A stretch of 64,000 nt of DNA, taken from positions 51,247 to 115,246 of the forward strand of contig NIVC01002656.1 in assembly GCA_002269645.1 (NCBI GenBank). Direction: 5' to 3'. Positions 49,393-64,000 of the stretch are shown here, one piece after another (the first letter of the stretch is position 1; each line of letters begins with the position of its first letter). Both the position numbers and the translations under genes were made by a program. A model generated the notes under the pieces. The model did not search any database, was not told the DNA's origin, and worked only from the letters and a program-made list of their open reading frames with translations. The stretch is from Macrostomum lignano (taxonomy: Eukaryota).

Positions 49393-49959
49393 CTGCAATG
49401 TCAGGAGTCAGTCATGACATTTAAAATTAAAAGTTTTTTTAGATTTCATTGATCGCACGAGCTGTGAAAAAAATTCAGTGAAGCATATGAATATTTTTAA
49501 GCGATATTTCTCAAAACTGTTCTAAAACGATGCGAAGTCGGAGACGTCGACAGATGCTGCTACAACGAGTGCCCGAAACATGAATGGAAAATTTGTACTT
49601 TTACATTTCGCCAACGTTCAGCCCAATTTTTACAAAAAGTACCTCAGACGGAAAAAAACAAATAATTCGCACAATTCTCAAATTTTTGTACGTCGGCGCA
49701 ATGTCAAAGTACCCACTTGCCATAGACATCTATCGGCGTCGGGTACGTAAACAATGTCCGGCGGTGGGAAATTTGGTACGGAAGCTGGACTGTGGTAATC
49801 TGCTCCTGTAGTTTAAGCAATGGAAGAAGACGAACTCGAAACGGGAAATGACTATCGAAGACGTCAAGAGTTGTCAAGAAAGTTACGTGCCCAGAGGGGC
49901 AAGGGGCACCCCATAGCCCTCATGAAATTGCGCTCCTCTATAACTGGACTGAGGTAGGG

Positions 49960-50055
49960 TAGGGGTAAGAAGCGCCCACCGAGAGACAGGGGCGCCCACC
50001 GAGAGATAGGGGCGCCTGTCGAGAGACCGAGGCGCCCACCAGAATATTGGCGCCT
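49960..50055. repeat. Short degenerate 19-20-bp repeat (ggcgcccaccgagag...)
   Basis: About 4-5 imperfect tandem copies. Confidence 0.6.
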
Positions 50056-51516
50056 CTTGGGGTTGCATTCCCTCCAATTAAAATCCCTACGTGCCCAACT
50101 GCGTCAAGAGGTTGCTTAGTGTACCTTAATGAATTAAGAAAAATATACTTACAGCATATTGGCACCAGCGCTAAACGAAAGCAAACTTTTATGATTTACT
50201 TTTATTTTTATAAACACTGGGCTGAATGCAGTGAAAGTTATACCGCAAACGACGGCCTAGCCACTGCACAGAGGCCACTGCAGGCTGAAATAATGCATTT
50301 TTATACTACAGGCTACATTCGAGAGAAGGCCAGTTTCATGATGGTCCATCATCCACGCCGAGACCCAGTGGCGCTAGGGACGTCAGTCGGTTAGCTTTTT
50401 TTGACAGAAATTGTTATTAATGTTTGCTGTAAACAGAGTTGGAAATGCTGGACAGTCACAGTTGATTTTTATCGGGCAGCCATTTAACGAAGAAAAATTC
50501 ACTTCAGTCTCTTTTGATGAGGCTAAAGCCTCGAGACAAAACTTATTTAATGCAACGGTTCAAGCATTCATTCCAAAGAGCAATTATCAGAATTAGACAA
50601 GGAACTTAATTGCTAGCTAAATGGCAGGCCTTGGGTAGTCTGCTAATGCTATAAATTATATGCAGAGTCGACCACAATTAAAGTAAATTAAGATAGATAG
50701 AAATTTAGCAAGTTTTGATGCATTTAATACGCCGGTTTCAATTGATCTCTATGCCAATTTTGAATTTGATGCGTAGTGCGCATTTTGCAAACGAATAATT
50801 CAAAGTTTATTAAAGTAAACTTATTTGCACTGCTCGAAAATTTTTAAACTGCACTCCTTTACTCGTAGAATAAATCATTAAATAGCTTTTTCAACAGTCT
50901 AAGAATTGGAGGATCATAAATAAGTAAAAGGTTTTCTCTCTCTTCTAAAACCGTTGTGACTGTTACCACATCACTGTGACGGTTACCTCATCATGACTCA
51001 TCATGAAATTACAGTCATAAAAACAGTCAAACGCATCTAGCATTGATCTGCTCTGCTAAGCTGCGATTGTAGTGATAGGAAGCCCCGCTGGTGACATGCT
51101 TAACGCCGATGTCTTTAGGTTCGAAGAGTCGAAAATCCCGACGATGGTACTTAGCCAACTCATTTCTTAAACCAAAATATGCTCGTTGTTGCACTTCTTT
51201 TCAATTTCAATTAGTCGTCGTCTGCATCTTGAGTTCACCTGCACGGCACAATGATTCGCTGCATCAAATGCCCAGTGAGAAGATGATCTCAGCTAATTAG
51301 TCCAAGGTTTTCGACTCTCCGAGACAGGTAAGATTGGTAATCAGAGTAGGGCCGGAATCTGCAACAGATGGGTTTGATATTCGAAGCCACTTCTTGCAAA
51401 GGTGGCTAAGACCTTGATTGCTTTTTTGGAGGGATAAATACCCGGAGTTTTTTGCGCTCCAGTCTTTCAGTCCAGTCTTTTCGCGATTTTAGCAGCAGCT
51501 CCTTAAGAAGATAGAA

Positions 51517-52221
51517 ATGTCCGACATTGGCGAGCGCTCGCAAGGCGCGAATCTGAGCCTGAACTTCTCCGTAGACAGGCTGCTGGAGAAGAACGAGCCG
51601 CCTGCGCCGGCCAGGATCGACTCTCCGGTGCAGCCTCTGCCGAGGGGCTGGCTTGACTGGGCTACTGGACTATCTGCGGGCCATGCCGGAGGCTCTAGCG
51701 GGGTCGCAGTTAAAAACCGCAGCCCTAGAGTGCCGTTCAGTCGCATGCAGGTGCAGATATTGGAAGCCAAGTTTCAGGACACGCTCTACCTGAGCGGACT
51801 AGAGGTTCGACAGCTGGCTCTGCTGCTCAACATTAGCGAGTCCAGGGTGAGCAAATTTCAATGAATGAGCAAACACGATCTTGGGAGGCTCATTTTGTTG
51901 AAGCATTGCAAGCAAGAATCAGTGTTAGACAAAGTTAATCACGAGATCTGTCCACCTATTTCCATTTGACTTTATTTACTTAGCATGCATACGCCGCAAC
52001 TGTTTCCTTTTCAGGTGAAAATTTGGTTCCAAAATCGGAGAGCTCGGAAGCGACGCGAAGAGGCCAGAATTTGGCGCGACAGCTTCAGGGAGGCCGCCGC
52101 TGCCGCCGCCGCTGTCACCGCCGCCTCTGCCTGCCCCCCAAGCGCTGCCGTCAATGCTAAAGACGGAACCTGCGCCAACGAATACTGCGGCTGCATTGCC
52201 GCTGAGGCCTTGGACAACTAA
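51517..52221 (+). CDS. Msx/Msxlx-like NK-class homeobox gene, 178 aa, 2 exons
   Basis: Exons 51517-51846 and 52015-52221, with a phase-0 intron between homeodomain residues 44 and 45. eh1-like FSVDRLL. Homeodomain NRSPRVPFS...LEAKF...YLS...RVKIWFQNRRARKRR, followed by a polyAla tract. Confidence 0.9.
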
Positions 52222-52559
52222 ACCAGTGGCCTTCTGTTCCTGACAAATTTTATGGGGCGCAGTTCATGAAACATCACTTTGGAAAAGACTGTTTTATTGC
52301 TTATACAGCCGACGTATTCACCTTAGCAATGTGATATTAACAGAAATGAATAATTTACAAGAATGTTTGTTTACATGATAACCTCGTCTGCTGCATGTGA
52401 TACTTGTACTTATTTTGCTATCAATCGGTTTTTGTCTGTGGAACAGAAGTTTTTAATCACCGACTTCGAATAATCTATTCAGATAATATACATATATATA
52501 TGTCTATATATATATATAATACTCACTATTTAAGTTTATCCTACAAAGCTTATCTATGT

Positions 52560-53200
<641 letters not shown>

Positions 53201-53676
53201 CAGTTCGTCTGACTGCCTTTTTCATGGTTCATGTCTTTTCAGCTAATATGCAGCGCTCTCTTTACAGCTTTACTATGCCCTATTTCTCATATCTAAAAAT
53301 AGATAAACAATAAAAAACTTACTACACAAAAAACGCGCTGCAGCCTGTATGACCCGTTCAGCCAATAACATTCTAAACTTCCCTTTCTTACCTGCTTGGC
53401 GCATTTTCGCAATTTTCATTGTGTGGCAGCCATTTCTCGGCAATCGCAGTGCTTTCAAATACAAAAGCACTGGTGTTTTTTTTGATATCTCGCGTCCCAC
53501 CGCCAGCGGTCTCGTGCGCGCACCCTACTTTAACTTAGCGCATTCCAAAGTTGAGCTGGAAGACTGGCTGTCTACAGCTTGCCAACTCACTGCGGGTTCC
53601 AGTTTGAGCCTGACTTGACTTGACAGCTCCAGCTGCTCAGCCATTTCATTTGCACCGGTCTCACAGGCAAAAAATA

Positions 53677-54990
<1,314 letters not shown>

Positions 54991-55106
54991 ACTAGAACAG
55001 GCGTCAATAAGTTTGACTGATTTGCGTGGCAGCGCCATTGAAACTTCATCGAATTTATATAACATTGTAACATACATGTAGGATAACATTAGCCTATTCA
55101 CCATAT

Positions 55107-55880
55107 TCCACTGCTCATTCACCTTCTCCACTGCTCATTCACCTACTCCAGCGCTCATTCGCCTACTCCACTGCTCATTCACCTACTCCACTGCTCATTC
55201 GCCTACTCCACTGCTCATTCGCCTACTCCAGCGCTCATTCGCCTACTCCAGTGCTCATTCGCCTACTCCACTGCTCATTCACCTACTCCACTGCTCATTC
55301 GCCTACTCCATTGCTCATTCGCCTACTCCAGCGCTCATTCGCCTACTCCACTGCTCATTCACCTACTCTATTGCTCATTCGCCTACTCCACTGCTCATTC
55401 ACCTACTCCACTGCTCATTCACCTACTCCACTGCTCATTCGCCTACTCCACTGCTCATTCGCCTACTCCAGCGCTCATTCGCCTACTCCAGTGCTCATTC
55501 GCCTACTCCACTGCTCATTCACCTACTCCACTGCTCATTCGCCTACTCCATTGCTCATTCGCCTACTCCAGCGCTCATTCGCCTACTTCACTGCTCATTC
55601 ACCTACTCTATTGCTCATTCGCCTACTCCACTGCTCATTCACCTTCTCCACTGCTCATTCACCTACTCTAGCGCTCATTCGCCTACTCCACTGCTCATTC
55701 ATCTACTCCACTGCTCATTCGCCTACTCCACTGCTCATTCACCTACTCCACTGCTCATTCACCTACTCCAGTGCTCATTCGCCTACTCCACTGCTCATTC
55801 ACCTACTCCACTGCTCATTCACCTACTCCACTGCTCATTCACCTACTCCACTGCTCATTCACCTACTTCAATGCTCATTC
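55107..55880. repeat. 20-bp minisatellite (ctactccactgctcattc[a/g]c), about 38 copies
   Basis: Tandem copies. ORF 55251..55949 is repeat-derived. Confidence 0.96.
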
Positions 55881-57420
55881 ATCCACTTCACTACCCCACC
55901 TACTAGTAGTTTCTTATTCCTCATTTCATGGAAAGAGAACCCGCTGTAAGGAAGTGAAGAAGGGAGCCGATCAGTCAGTTAAAGAGCTCCTTGAAAAATT
56001 GCAACTTTCTTGGGTACTCTTATACAACATTTTGCCACCCCACAGACTAAACGACAACCCAGGGAATTTGAGTTCAAAGCACAAAAATAAGCTTTCCTTA
56101 ACACTTGAGGCGATAAAATTCTACACCGAGACACTTAAACAACTACACTTTTCGTGACCTGCTCAAACAGAAACGAACAGTTAGTTTGCGAAGCTTTTAG
56201 CCCTAAGTCTTGATCGTGTTTTCATTAACTTACTTTTTTGATATTTTGGTCACGTTCTTTTGGCATCGATCAACTGTCAACACTTTGTTCATTCTCTTGC
56301 AAATTATCAATACAAACTTGCTACTGATGCTGGACATCATCTTATGATCCTACTTATAAAATTGAAGCGTTTGTTCCGTACTGCTTGTACTTTTTTGCAT
56401 TAGCCACCACGCTTGCGGGACTGGCTCCCTTAGCCTGCAAAGGAGATGAACCGAATGAGACAGTAATTCGGGAAGCTAATGGAAATTTAGCAAGTATATC
56501 GAGTGCTGCATAGATGTAGGTGCCACCAGATATAATGTCATGAGAGGCTCACAGTTGGCTTGTATTTTCGTTTTCAAGCAACTGTCGATGCTTTTTCTGC
56601 TTTGAGGAAATGTATGCCCGCGAACTTATCTGATGTTGGAAGAAAAAAATGAAAAAAAGTCCTGACTTTGAAACTTTGTTTTTCTTAATAGACTTTATAG
56701 AATAATTTGCTAAATCCTACTGTGCGACCTGGAGTTTCCAGCGCTTTCTAATATCCAGAATTTGGCTTAAAAGTGCAAAACTTTCTGGTTAGAGCGACTG
56801 GAAGGGGAGATTTTTTGGTCCAGAGCGCAACTCCCTCGCCATCCCGAAAAAAATGTCTGTGTTTATTCGGTAAAACATGAAAATCGACTCGGCAAGGGCT
56901 GAGTCTCCCTGACGGCGAGGTGAATTAATTATATGATTTTTCCCGCAGCTTTGCTCCGCAGGCTGACATTAAAAAATTGTTGAGCAAATGGAAAGCCCTT
57001 ATAGTGGAGCAAGTGAGCACTTCAGCGTCTCGCCTAGCGAAAGGAAATGCTAAGCCATTAAAGGCTCAGAGACACAGAAAACAGGCGGTTGCCATAATCG
57101 GGGCCATCTATCGATTTCTAGTCCGGATAATGCCACCGTACAGGCAGACAGGCAACGTCCTGGCGCTGCTGGCTTTTGTAGAGGCAGCGACTGTCTTATA
57201 GAGAGCTTATCTAGCGAGAGGTCGACGGACTGTTAGGCGTCTTCAGGGTCTCGCGCGCGATCCAATAGGCTTGGGGCTGAGTTTCTTTCTCTACCAGCTA
57301 TTGGTAGAAGCTCGACTTTCGGTGTTCCCCTATTTCTGAATGAAATACTCCGACAGTGGGAAATTGTCGGCCAAGAAACAAGTAAGAGAATGACTAAATT
57401 GATCAGACGGATAGATCAGA

Positions 57421-60400
57421 ATGGCCCGTCGTGGAACTCGAAAACTGTCGAAAAAAGCCAGCATGCCTAACGCAAGCGGCGCAGCAAGCAATGGAGGCAG
57501 CCTGGCGCGCGAGTGTCGCGAAGCGCTACACGACTTTGTTGCCAACTCGAGCATTCGCGGACTTAAACGGACGCTGTTCTCACCAACTAGGCTATTGCGA
57601 GTCTTCTGGACTGTGTTTCTGCTCAGTAGCTTTGTGCTGGCAATGTCTCAGGTTAGTATTGACAAAGGGTAAGACATGGCGGTAAAATTTCGCATCGTTG
57701 AAGGCATTAAACTTCACAAAATCAAAAATTAAACATTAAAAAGTGTAAACCTTCAAGCTGGGATGGTCGTAAAGACTTTAAGAGTGTGTGAAATTATGAA
57801 CTTTTAAAAATTACTAGCAAGACAATGAGCAAACTTTACTTACGTCGTACAACCAACCATTCTTGAAGGTTGCCTTCCTATTGGAGAAGTATTTGAAACG
57901 CGAGACCACTGTTCAGCAACAAAAGATCTACGGCCACCTGGAAGCCTTTCCCGCGGTGTCCTTCTGCGTGTCTGACCCGTTCTCTGACGGTGCAACGGAA
58001 CTTTGGTCTAGCGGCGCCGTCGAGTCCCCAAACGAATACAGTCGGAAAGTTCGCCAGGCCGCTCTGCAGCTGATGCGGGCACCAACTCGGGAAAATCGGC
58101 AGCTGCTATCGGCGCTGCTCAGACTGGACCAGAGAGAGGCCTACTTCCAGAATGTGGACAACCTGACAAACTTGATGCAGCTGGGCCACACTCAGCCGTT
58201 CTACTTCTGCGCCATCAACCCGTTTGACCATGGCCAGCCGGTGTTCAAGTACTACGACAGAAACAGTTGTAATCTGACGGTGACGCGATGGCTGCATCCC
58301 ATCTACCTAAACTGCTATACGCTAAGCTTCGCCAATCGTGCATTCTCCCAGGCGCTAAAGTCCATCTTTCTGGTGTTGCCAGCTGGTCGTTCCGAGCCGC
58401 GTGACGGCTTCGGGCCGTACGAGAATGCCAGCTTCTTGCGCGACACGCTGAAAAAGTACACCACTATGCAGGTAGTGCTGCACGAGGCGAAGAAGAAGCC
58501 AAACTTTGACGAGACTGTTATGCTCACCGCTCATCAGTCGGATGTGAGTACTATCCTCATCCAATTCTGCTTAACCTAATGGCTACGTATCACTTAAAAA
58601 GCTACTTATATATGAAACATCGAGATCATTCCGGGTCAAGCAATCAATATGTGTACTCTTAAAATTTATGAGGATTAATGCCACAAGCCTGCACGTACTG
58701 AGGTGACTAATTTCATTTGATTCCCTCGTCGTAGCGATTTTCTCGACTTATCCTTCGGATTAGCGCCAAGTCAATCTGAATTGAAGAAAGGGCTTCTCCG
58801 ACAGAATACAGCTTTGTTTGATTGTCTTTAAATAAGGAACGGACTGGAGAGCAAATACTCCAAATACTCCACTTGAACTGGAACATGCAAAGGACGTCGG
58901 AGACTTCCTATCGAACTGTATGCCTGCCGATTCTCGATAAGGCATGCAAAGATCACGGATGAAACAAAATTTTCGAGGTCAAGTGCAGAGAAATTTTTCT
59001 GCGTGTCTAATCCGACAAACCATCGGTATAAACATGAGCGATGCTGGATAGCAAAATTTGCATTTAGAGATTTCGAGTGAGCGACTATGGGCTAGGCACA
59101 GTCTATGCGCGGTGGCTAAGCTCAGAGGATTATCAGTAAGAAAAAGTCACTCGCACCTTACTAGAATGGAGTTATGGTGAGTTACTTCGACTGTGAAGCT
59201 TGATCTTACCCGCCGACGCTGATGGACGTCGGCCAAACGTCGATGTACGAGCGCAAAAGTACGCACTTTGACAGCTACTTCGACAGAGAAGCAAGCTAAC
59301 TAAAACAAATATTATGTAAATTTTATAAGACCTCAGTGCTCTCAGTCCGCAGTAATGCAGCAGAAGATATGGGAAAAGGCATGCACACTTTATGTCATTA
59401 ATATAATGATCGGTTGCACTTCCAAGACAAGCCATGTAAATGTCAGTAATAAAGACGCTGGGAAATGTAAAGAAGCAGAAAAATTGTTTGCATTTTACTG
59501 CTGTAGAGGCTAAAAAATTTTTTTACATATTTTCCTGGCTGTAAATAAAGTACAGTAGTGCAGTTTGCGTCTGATACACCAAATCCAAGTTAGCAATGCA
59601 AAAGTATCACAAACTCTTGATAAACTACTTCAATAGAAAAGAAAAGCTTTTCAAAAGTAACAGTTTGATTGAAATAAAATTTCTGGAGATGTAGTTACAC
59701 GAGCTACATATTTCATTCAAAAGTTGTGCGTGATATACACAATCGCAATGCCACTGATTGTCTTACAGAGAAGATCAAGTACATAACTTAGTTTTTATGG
59801 AGCTTGTTTGCAGCATGCAAGTACGCTCGTACGAGCGGTATACGAGTGTGCGCTCGTACACAAAACGGCTCCAATGTACAGCGCATCCCTCTCTTAACGT
59901 CCAACCCTTCTGTGTTGAGTATTTTATACACTCCGTCACTTGTAAGCAAATCTCGCTGTTTTGCAACTCGCGAAATTTTGCTTAGTCAAGCGTTTTGATT
60001 TTTGTGATTAATGACACCATCATGAGTGTGCAATCGAAAAGAAGGCACGGAATGCTCAAGCGATGGTAAAAGTGTATTGCTACAGGTGGAGACTATTTTG
60101 AGAAGGCTGCCTTGAAGTTTGATGATGATGATGAATGACTACAGATTGGTTTCTTTGAGGACAAAATATCGCTTTTTATATTTTTAAACTTTTACTGTAA
60201 GACTATCAGTGGCATTGCGATGGTTTTTCAGGCATAACTTTCGAATGAAATGACCAAAATATACTCAGCAACAGTCAAAAGCTCCACCCCACTAAGCGAG
60301 ATGATTTTTTCACTTATTGCGAGTGACGCAACCTACGGCATGCGCAAAGCTTATTGCCGCTTGGGGTGGCTTGGCACTCTGCGCTGGCCCTCCCGGTCCC

Positions 60401-62456
60401 CAGACATGAATCCCATCGAGCATGTCTGGGACTTCCTAAAACGTAGCATTCGAAAAGAGAATCCACCATAGAATGTTGCGGAGAGCTCTGCGTCATGCCA
60501 TTGAAAACGCTTCGGAGCGGCTTCCCGAGGACTTTCTGCGCCGCCTCATCATTGGGATTCCCCGCAGAGTCGTCGCACTTCTGCGTGCGAGGGGATCCCA
60601 CACGCATCGCGATTCTAACTGAATATTGCATAAAAAATTATGATTTTACTACGAGTATTGATAGTCAATCAACTTTCCCTTCCTCGCGGCAGCTTAGTTG
60701 CGTAACTTGAGGGATATTGAATTGTGAGTGTGAAGTTTTCGCAATTTGGAGGGTGGAACTTTTGACTGTTGCTGAGTATACATGCAACTGAATTCATTGG
60801 AAAGAAGAGATGTACCGCTTTAAAATGACGCCAAAGTTGTGCTTGCAGTTGCTTTTTCTCTGGAATTATTCAAAACTTTCCGGACACCCCTCTTGAAAAG
60901 TATAGAAAAAAACTTTTGCATATACCCGTATAGTAGTTAAAAACAAAGATTTTGAACCATATCCAACATTGGGTTTGGTTTTTTGCCAGCCGCAGAACGC
61001 TTTAAAATGTGCAAGTCGCTCTTGAGTCACGAATGCGTATTTCGGAGGCTCTTAAGACGCACTCTTTTTTAATGTAAATAATGAGACATCTCGACTGATG
61101 TGGCTCAAGAGTTGACAAACAGTTGAGTCTCGTAACTTTGCTTGTTTTTAGTGCTACTTTTTTCAGTTTTAATTTTTTATCGTGATTTCAACAATCCAGT
61201 TGCAAGTATCAAACGCCGGGTATACATGCAGAGTGCCATGTCAGGCAAGGAAGTATTCAGTCGAGTTAGACATTAGAGGTCCCCAATGGGGTAAAACCAG
61301 TATTTCATGTCACTAATGCAGGCACTATTAAATCGATAAGGAGGCTTAGTAAAACAAGCAGAAGTCTTCCATCCTTTGCATTTAGATTAACGTAATCAGC
61401 TTCACGACAAGCAAGTACGTCAACAACGACTGCAGCATCGGCAAGGACGAGCAAAGCGAAATCGGCGACGCGGAGGTTGGCAACAATCCAAACGACTTCG
61501 ACGCTTGTCTGGAGCACCGAATCGAGCAGGACGTGATTGACAGGTGCGCCTGCACCCAGCGACTAATGCGTACAGACCCGACGGTGCCGTTCTGCTTTGC
61601 AATCAACTGGACTAATCTCAACTCGACCGTGTCTAGAATGGACTGCAGTCTGTCTGGCGGAACCTACCTCACCAGTTTCTCGGCCGCATCCAAGGCCTGC
61701 CCGCGGCCCTGTCAGAGCATCGTGTACGATCTGAACGTGCTGCGCAGTGCCAATAGAGCGTCGGCGTGGCAGGACTGCTGGTACATGTGGATGCTGATGG
61801 ATTCCACGGTGACCGCGCATCAAAGAGACAGCTACTTGATGCAGCATCTCAACGCCAGCGGCGACAGCTTCAACGAATCGGTCTGCCGACGCCCCTGGTA
61901 CCACCAGCTGCCCTACGTGAAGCTGAAGATTGTCCGGCAAGACTTTACCACCAGGACATTCAATGAGACTCTCGTACTCACCTCAGCGGCTCTCTTTGCT
62001 CAGGTGGGAGCGGCGCTGGCCTTCTATCTGGGATTGACGCTCACGTTTTTAGCCGAGCTGGCCGATCTGGCCATCCGGTTGGGCTGGCGCTGTCTCATTA
62101 GTAAACGAAAATCCTGGCGTCAGAGAAGAAGAGAACGTCAGAATCAGAACCAGAAACAACAGCAACAGCTGCGGAATCAGCAGAACCAGGCGGAAATAAA
62201 GACTGAGTCAACAATAAATTCAGTAGCCTGCAGCAGCGGGCGCAGTGGGGGTGGTCTCTGCATCGCCAACAACTCTGGTCTGGCTGTCGATGTCAGTCCT
62301 TCGGGTAGGGAGAACGCCTGGCAGGGCTTTGGACTTCATTGCGACTACATCTACGCGGACGAGGACGACTTCTCAGACGATGATGTCGAAGGAGACGCAA
62401 CCGCGGCGGTGTCCGACGACTTGCGATTGGATTCAGCTGACTATCGATACATCTAG
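57421..62456 (+). CDS. DEG/ENaC-family ion channel, 658 aa, 3 exons
   Basis: Exons 57421-57651, 57869-58543, 61386-62456, all phase 0. Motifs: TM1 RVFWTVFLL, FPAVSFC, HPIYLNCYT, VVLHE, the Cys-rich thumb (IDRCAC...CPRPCQSIVY) and TM2 LFAQVGAALAFYLGLTLTFLAE. Confidence 0.92.
60264..60776 (+). mobile_element. Tc1-family deletion derivative (513 bp) in ENaC intron 2
   Basis: 26-bp TIRs ctcagcaacagtcaaaag(c/t)tccaccc (60264-60289 / 60751-60776, 1 mismatch) flanked by TA. The internal WPSRSPDMNPIEHVWDFLKR is the Tc1 DDxE third-residue motif. Confidence 0.9.
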
Positions 62457-62670
62457 ATTCACTCGAATTGCTTCAAATGTCTGCCTAGTCTATTGAGAGT
62501 TCCATTGGTCAAACTACTTGTATAGTCTACAGTTTTATTGTCGCTACATTTATGAAAATCTACAAAGTAGGAGAACTGCACGCTTACTGGAACCCGCAGC
62601 TATGCTGGCAAACAGGTGGATGTAGATAAACGTAAATATTTTTAGCTAAGCTTATTACTGATTATTAGCT

Positions 62671-63266
62671 AGACTGGTAGATAAGCCTACAGACTAGTAG
62701 ATAAGCCTACAGACTGGTAGCTAAGCCTACAGACTGGTAGCTAAGCCTACAGACTGGTAGATAAGCCTACAGACTGGTAGATAAGCCTACAGACTGGTAG
62801 ATAAGCCTACAGACTGGTAGATAAGCCTACAGACTGGTAGATAAGTCTACAGACTGGTAGATAAGCTTACAGACTGATAGCTACGCCTACAGACTGGTAG
62901 CTAAGCCTACAGACTGGTAGCTAAGCGTACAGACTGGTAGCTAAGCCTACAGACTGGTAGATAAGCCTACAGACTGGTAGATAAGCCTACAGACTGGTAG
63001 CTAAGCCTACAGACTGGTAGCTAAGCCTACAGACTGGTAGCTAAGCCTACAGACTGGTAGCTAAGCCTACAGACTGGTAGATAAGCCTACAGGCTGGTAG
63101 ATAAGCATACAGACTGGTAGCTAAGCCTACAGACTGGTAAATAAGCCTACAGACTGGTAGATAAGCCTACAGATTGGTAGATAAGCCTACAGACTGGTAG
63201 CTAAGCCTACAGACTGGTAGCTAAGCCTACAGACTGGTAGCTAAGCCTACAGACTGGTAGCTAAGC
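62671..63266. repeat. 20-bp minisatellite (agactggtag[c/a]taagcctac), about 30 copies
   Basis: Tandem copies read directly. Confidence 0.96.
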
Positions 63267-64000
63267 GCCATTTCATCACTAACACAGCCATCACTAACAC
63301 ATCACTAAAAATTCGTATCTAACTTTGTTGCCAGTAGTTATGAAGACTGGCTAGCAGTACAGAATGTAATTATTGTCCCATAGAAATTACAAATAGAGTA
63401 AATTGTTTATTTAGTAATATATTTTGTACGTACTTTTATCAATCGTTTTTGTTTTAGTAGTTAGTAGGTCGATACAAATTTAAAAACATTGACTATAAAG
63501 CGAAAAAATATTTTACAGAATCAACTACCTGTGCATTATAATTAGGTCAATTCCTGTTTGCCTAAAAGTACATGAACTCATTTTGAAAAGGAATCTCTTT
63601 TCCTAATATCTGCAGGCGCAAATTTTAAATAAAAATCTACGTAATAAGCTCGGAAGGCTACTTATTACATCAGTAGTAGAATGGGGGTGATAAGCATGAT
63701 AATTAATCGAATTAGCCATTGGCTTTTTAAGGGCGCCGAATTGCATGATAATTACATTTAGCTTCAGGTTTCCGAGACACGGGGTCTCAAAGCTGTGCTC
63801 AGGTATTGAATAGTGTCAATTAGAAAGATATTACAGGTGGCAAGCATATAGTTAGTTAGCAAAAGCGGGGAAGCCGGCAAGAAGTCAGTGTCCGAAAATT
63901 CGAACAAACAAAGCTCATTTTACGAATAGCAATGCAAAAGCTCTGATAATGTGTTTGTAAATAAATTTATTCCCTATATAGATAGTGAATACAATTGTAA

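Noticed and set aside
55900-56157. Protein-like tail after the 20-bp array
   Set aside because: No recognisable family, start or splice support.
59170-59300. Candidate extra ENaC exon (STVKLDLTRRR*)
   Set aside because: It contains a stop, and exon 2 (58543) joins exon 3 (61386) in phase with a continuous domain.

Overview
This is eukaryotic (invertebrate metazoan) genomic DNA with GT-AG introns, GC-richer exons, AT-rich intergenic DNA and more than a dozen micro/minisatellite arrays. The style fits a free-living flatworm such as Macrostomum (inference, not verified). Hand-assembled gene models: a divergent GT31 glycosyltransferase, a two-CNB-domain gene with an in-frame TGA, GOLPH3, a decayed C-type lectin/PAN gene, a secreted ubiquitin-like frame split by one TGA, an intronless TRP-type channel, a Grp7/TULIP lipid-binding protein, a polyQ + KH-like protein, phospholipase C-gamma (about 15 exons), a TCAF/M60-like metalloprotease of about 1,000 aa with a probable signal peptide, an Msx/Msxlx-like homeobox gene, a 2-exon orphan and a 3-exon DEG/ENaC channel. 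Mobile DNA: a TIR-bounded mariner deletion derivative, a Tc1 deletion derivative, a LINE 3' remnant, hairpin/foldback repeats, and an intron-containing Crypton-type tyrosine-recombinase element inside an intron of the M60 gene. The top leads are the Crypton element with its terminal hairpins, the TGA-interrupted secreted ubiquitin-like frame, and the apparently secreted M60 protease with an intact HEXXH-E site. All homology calls are from motif recognition by eye; no searches were run.
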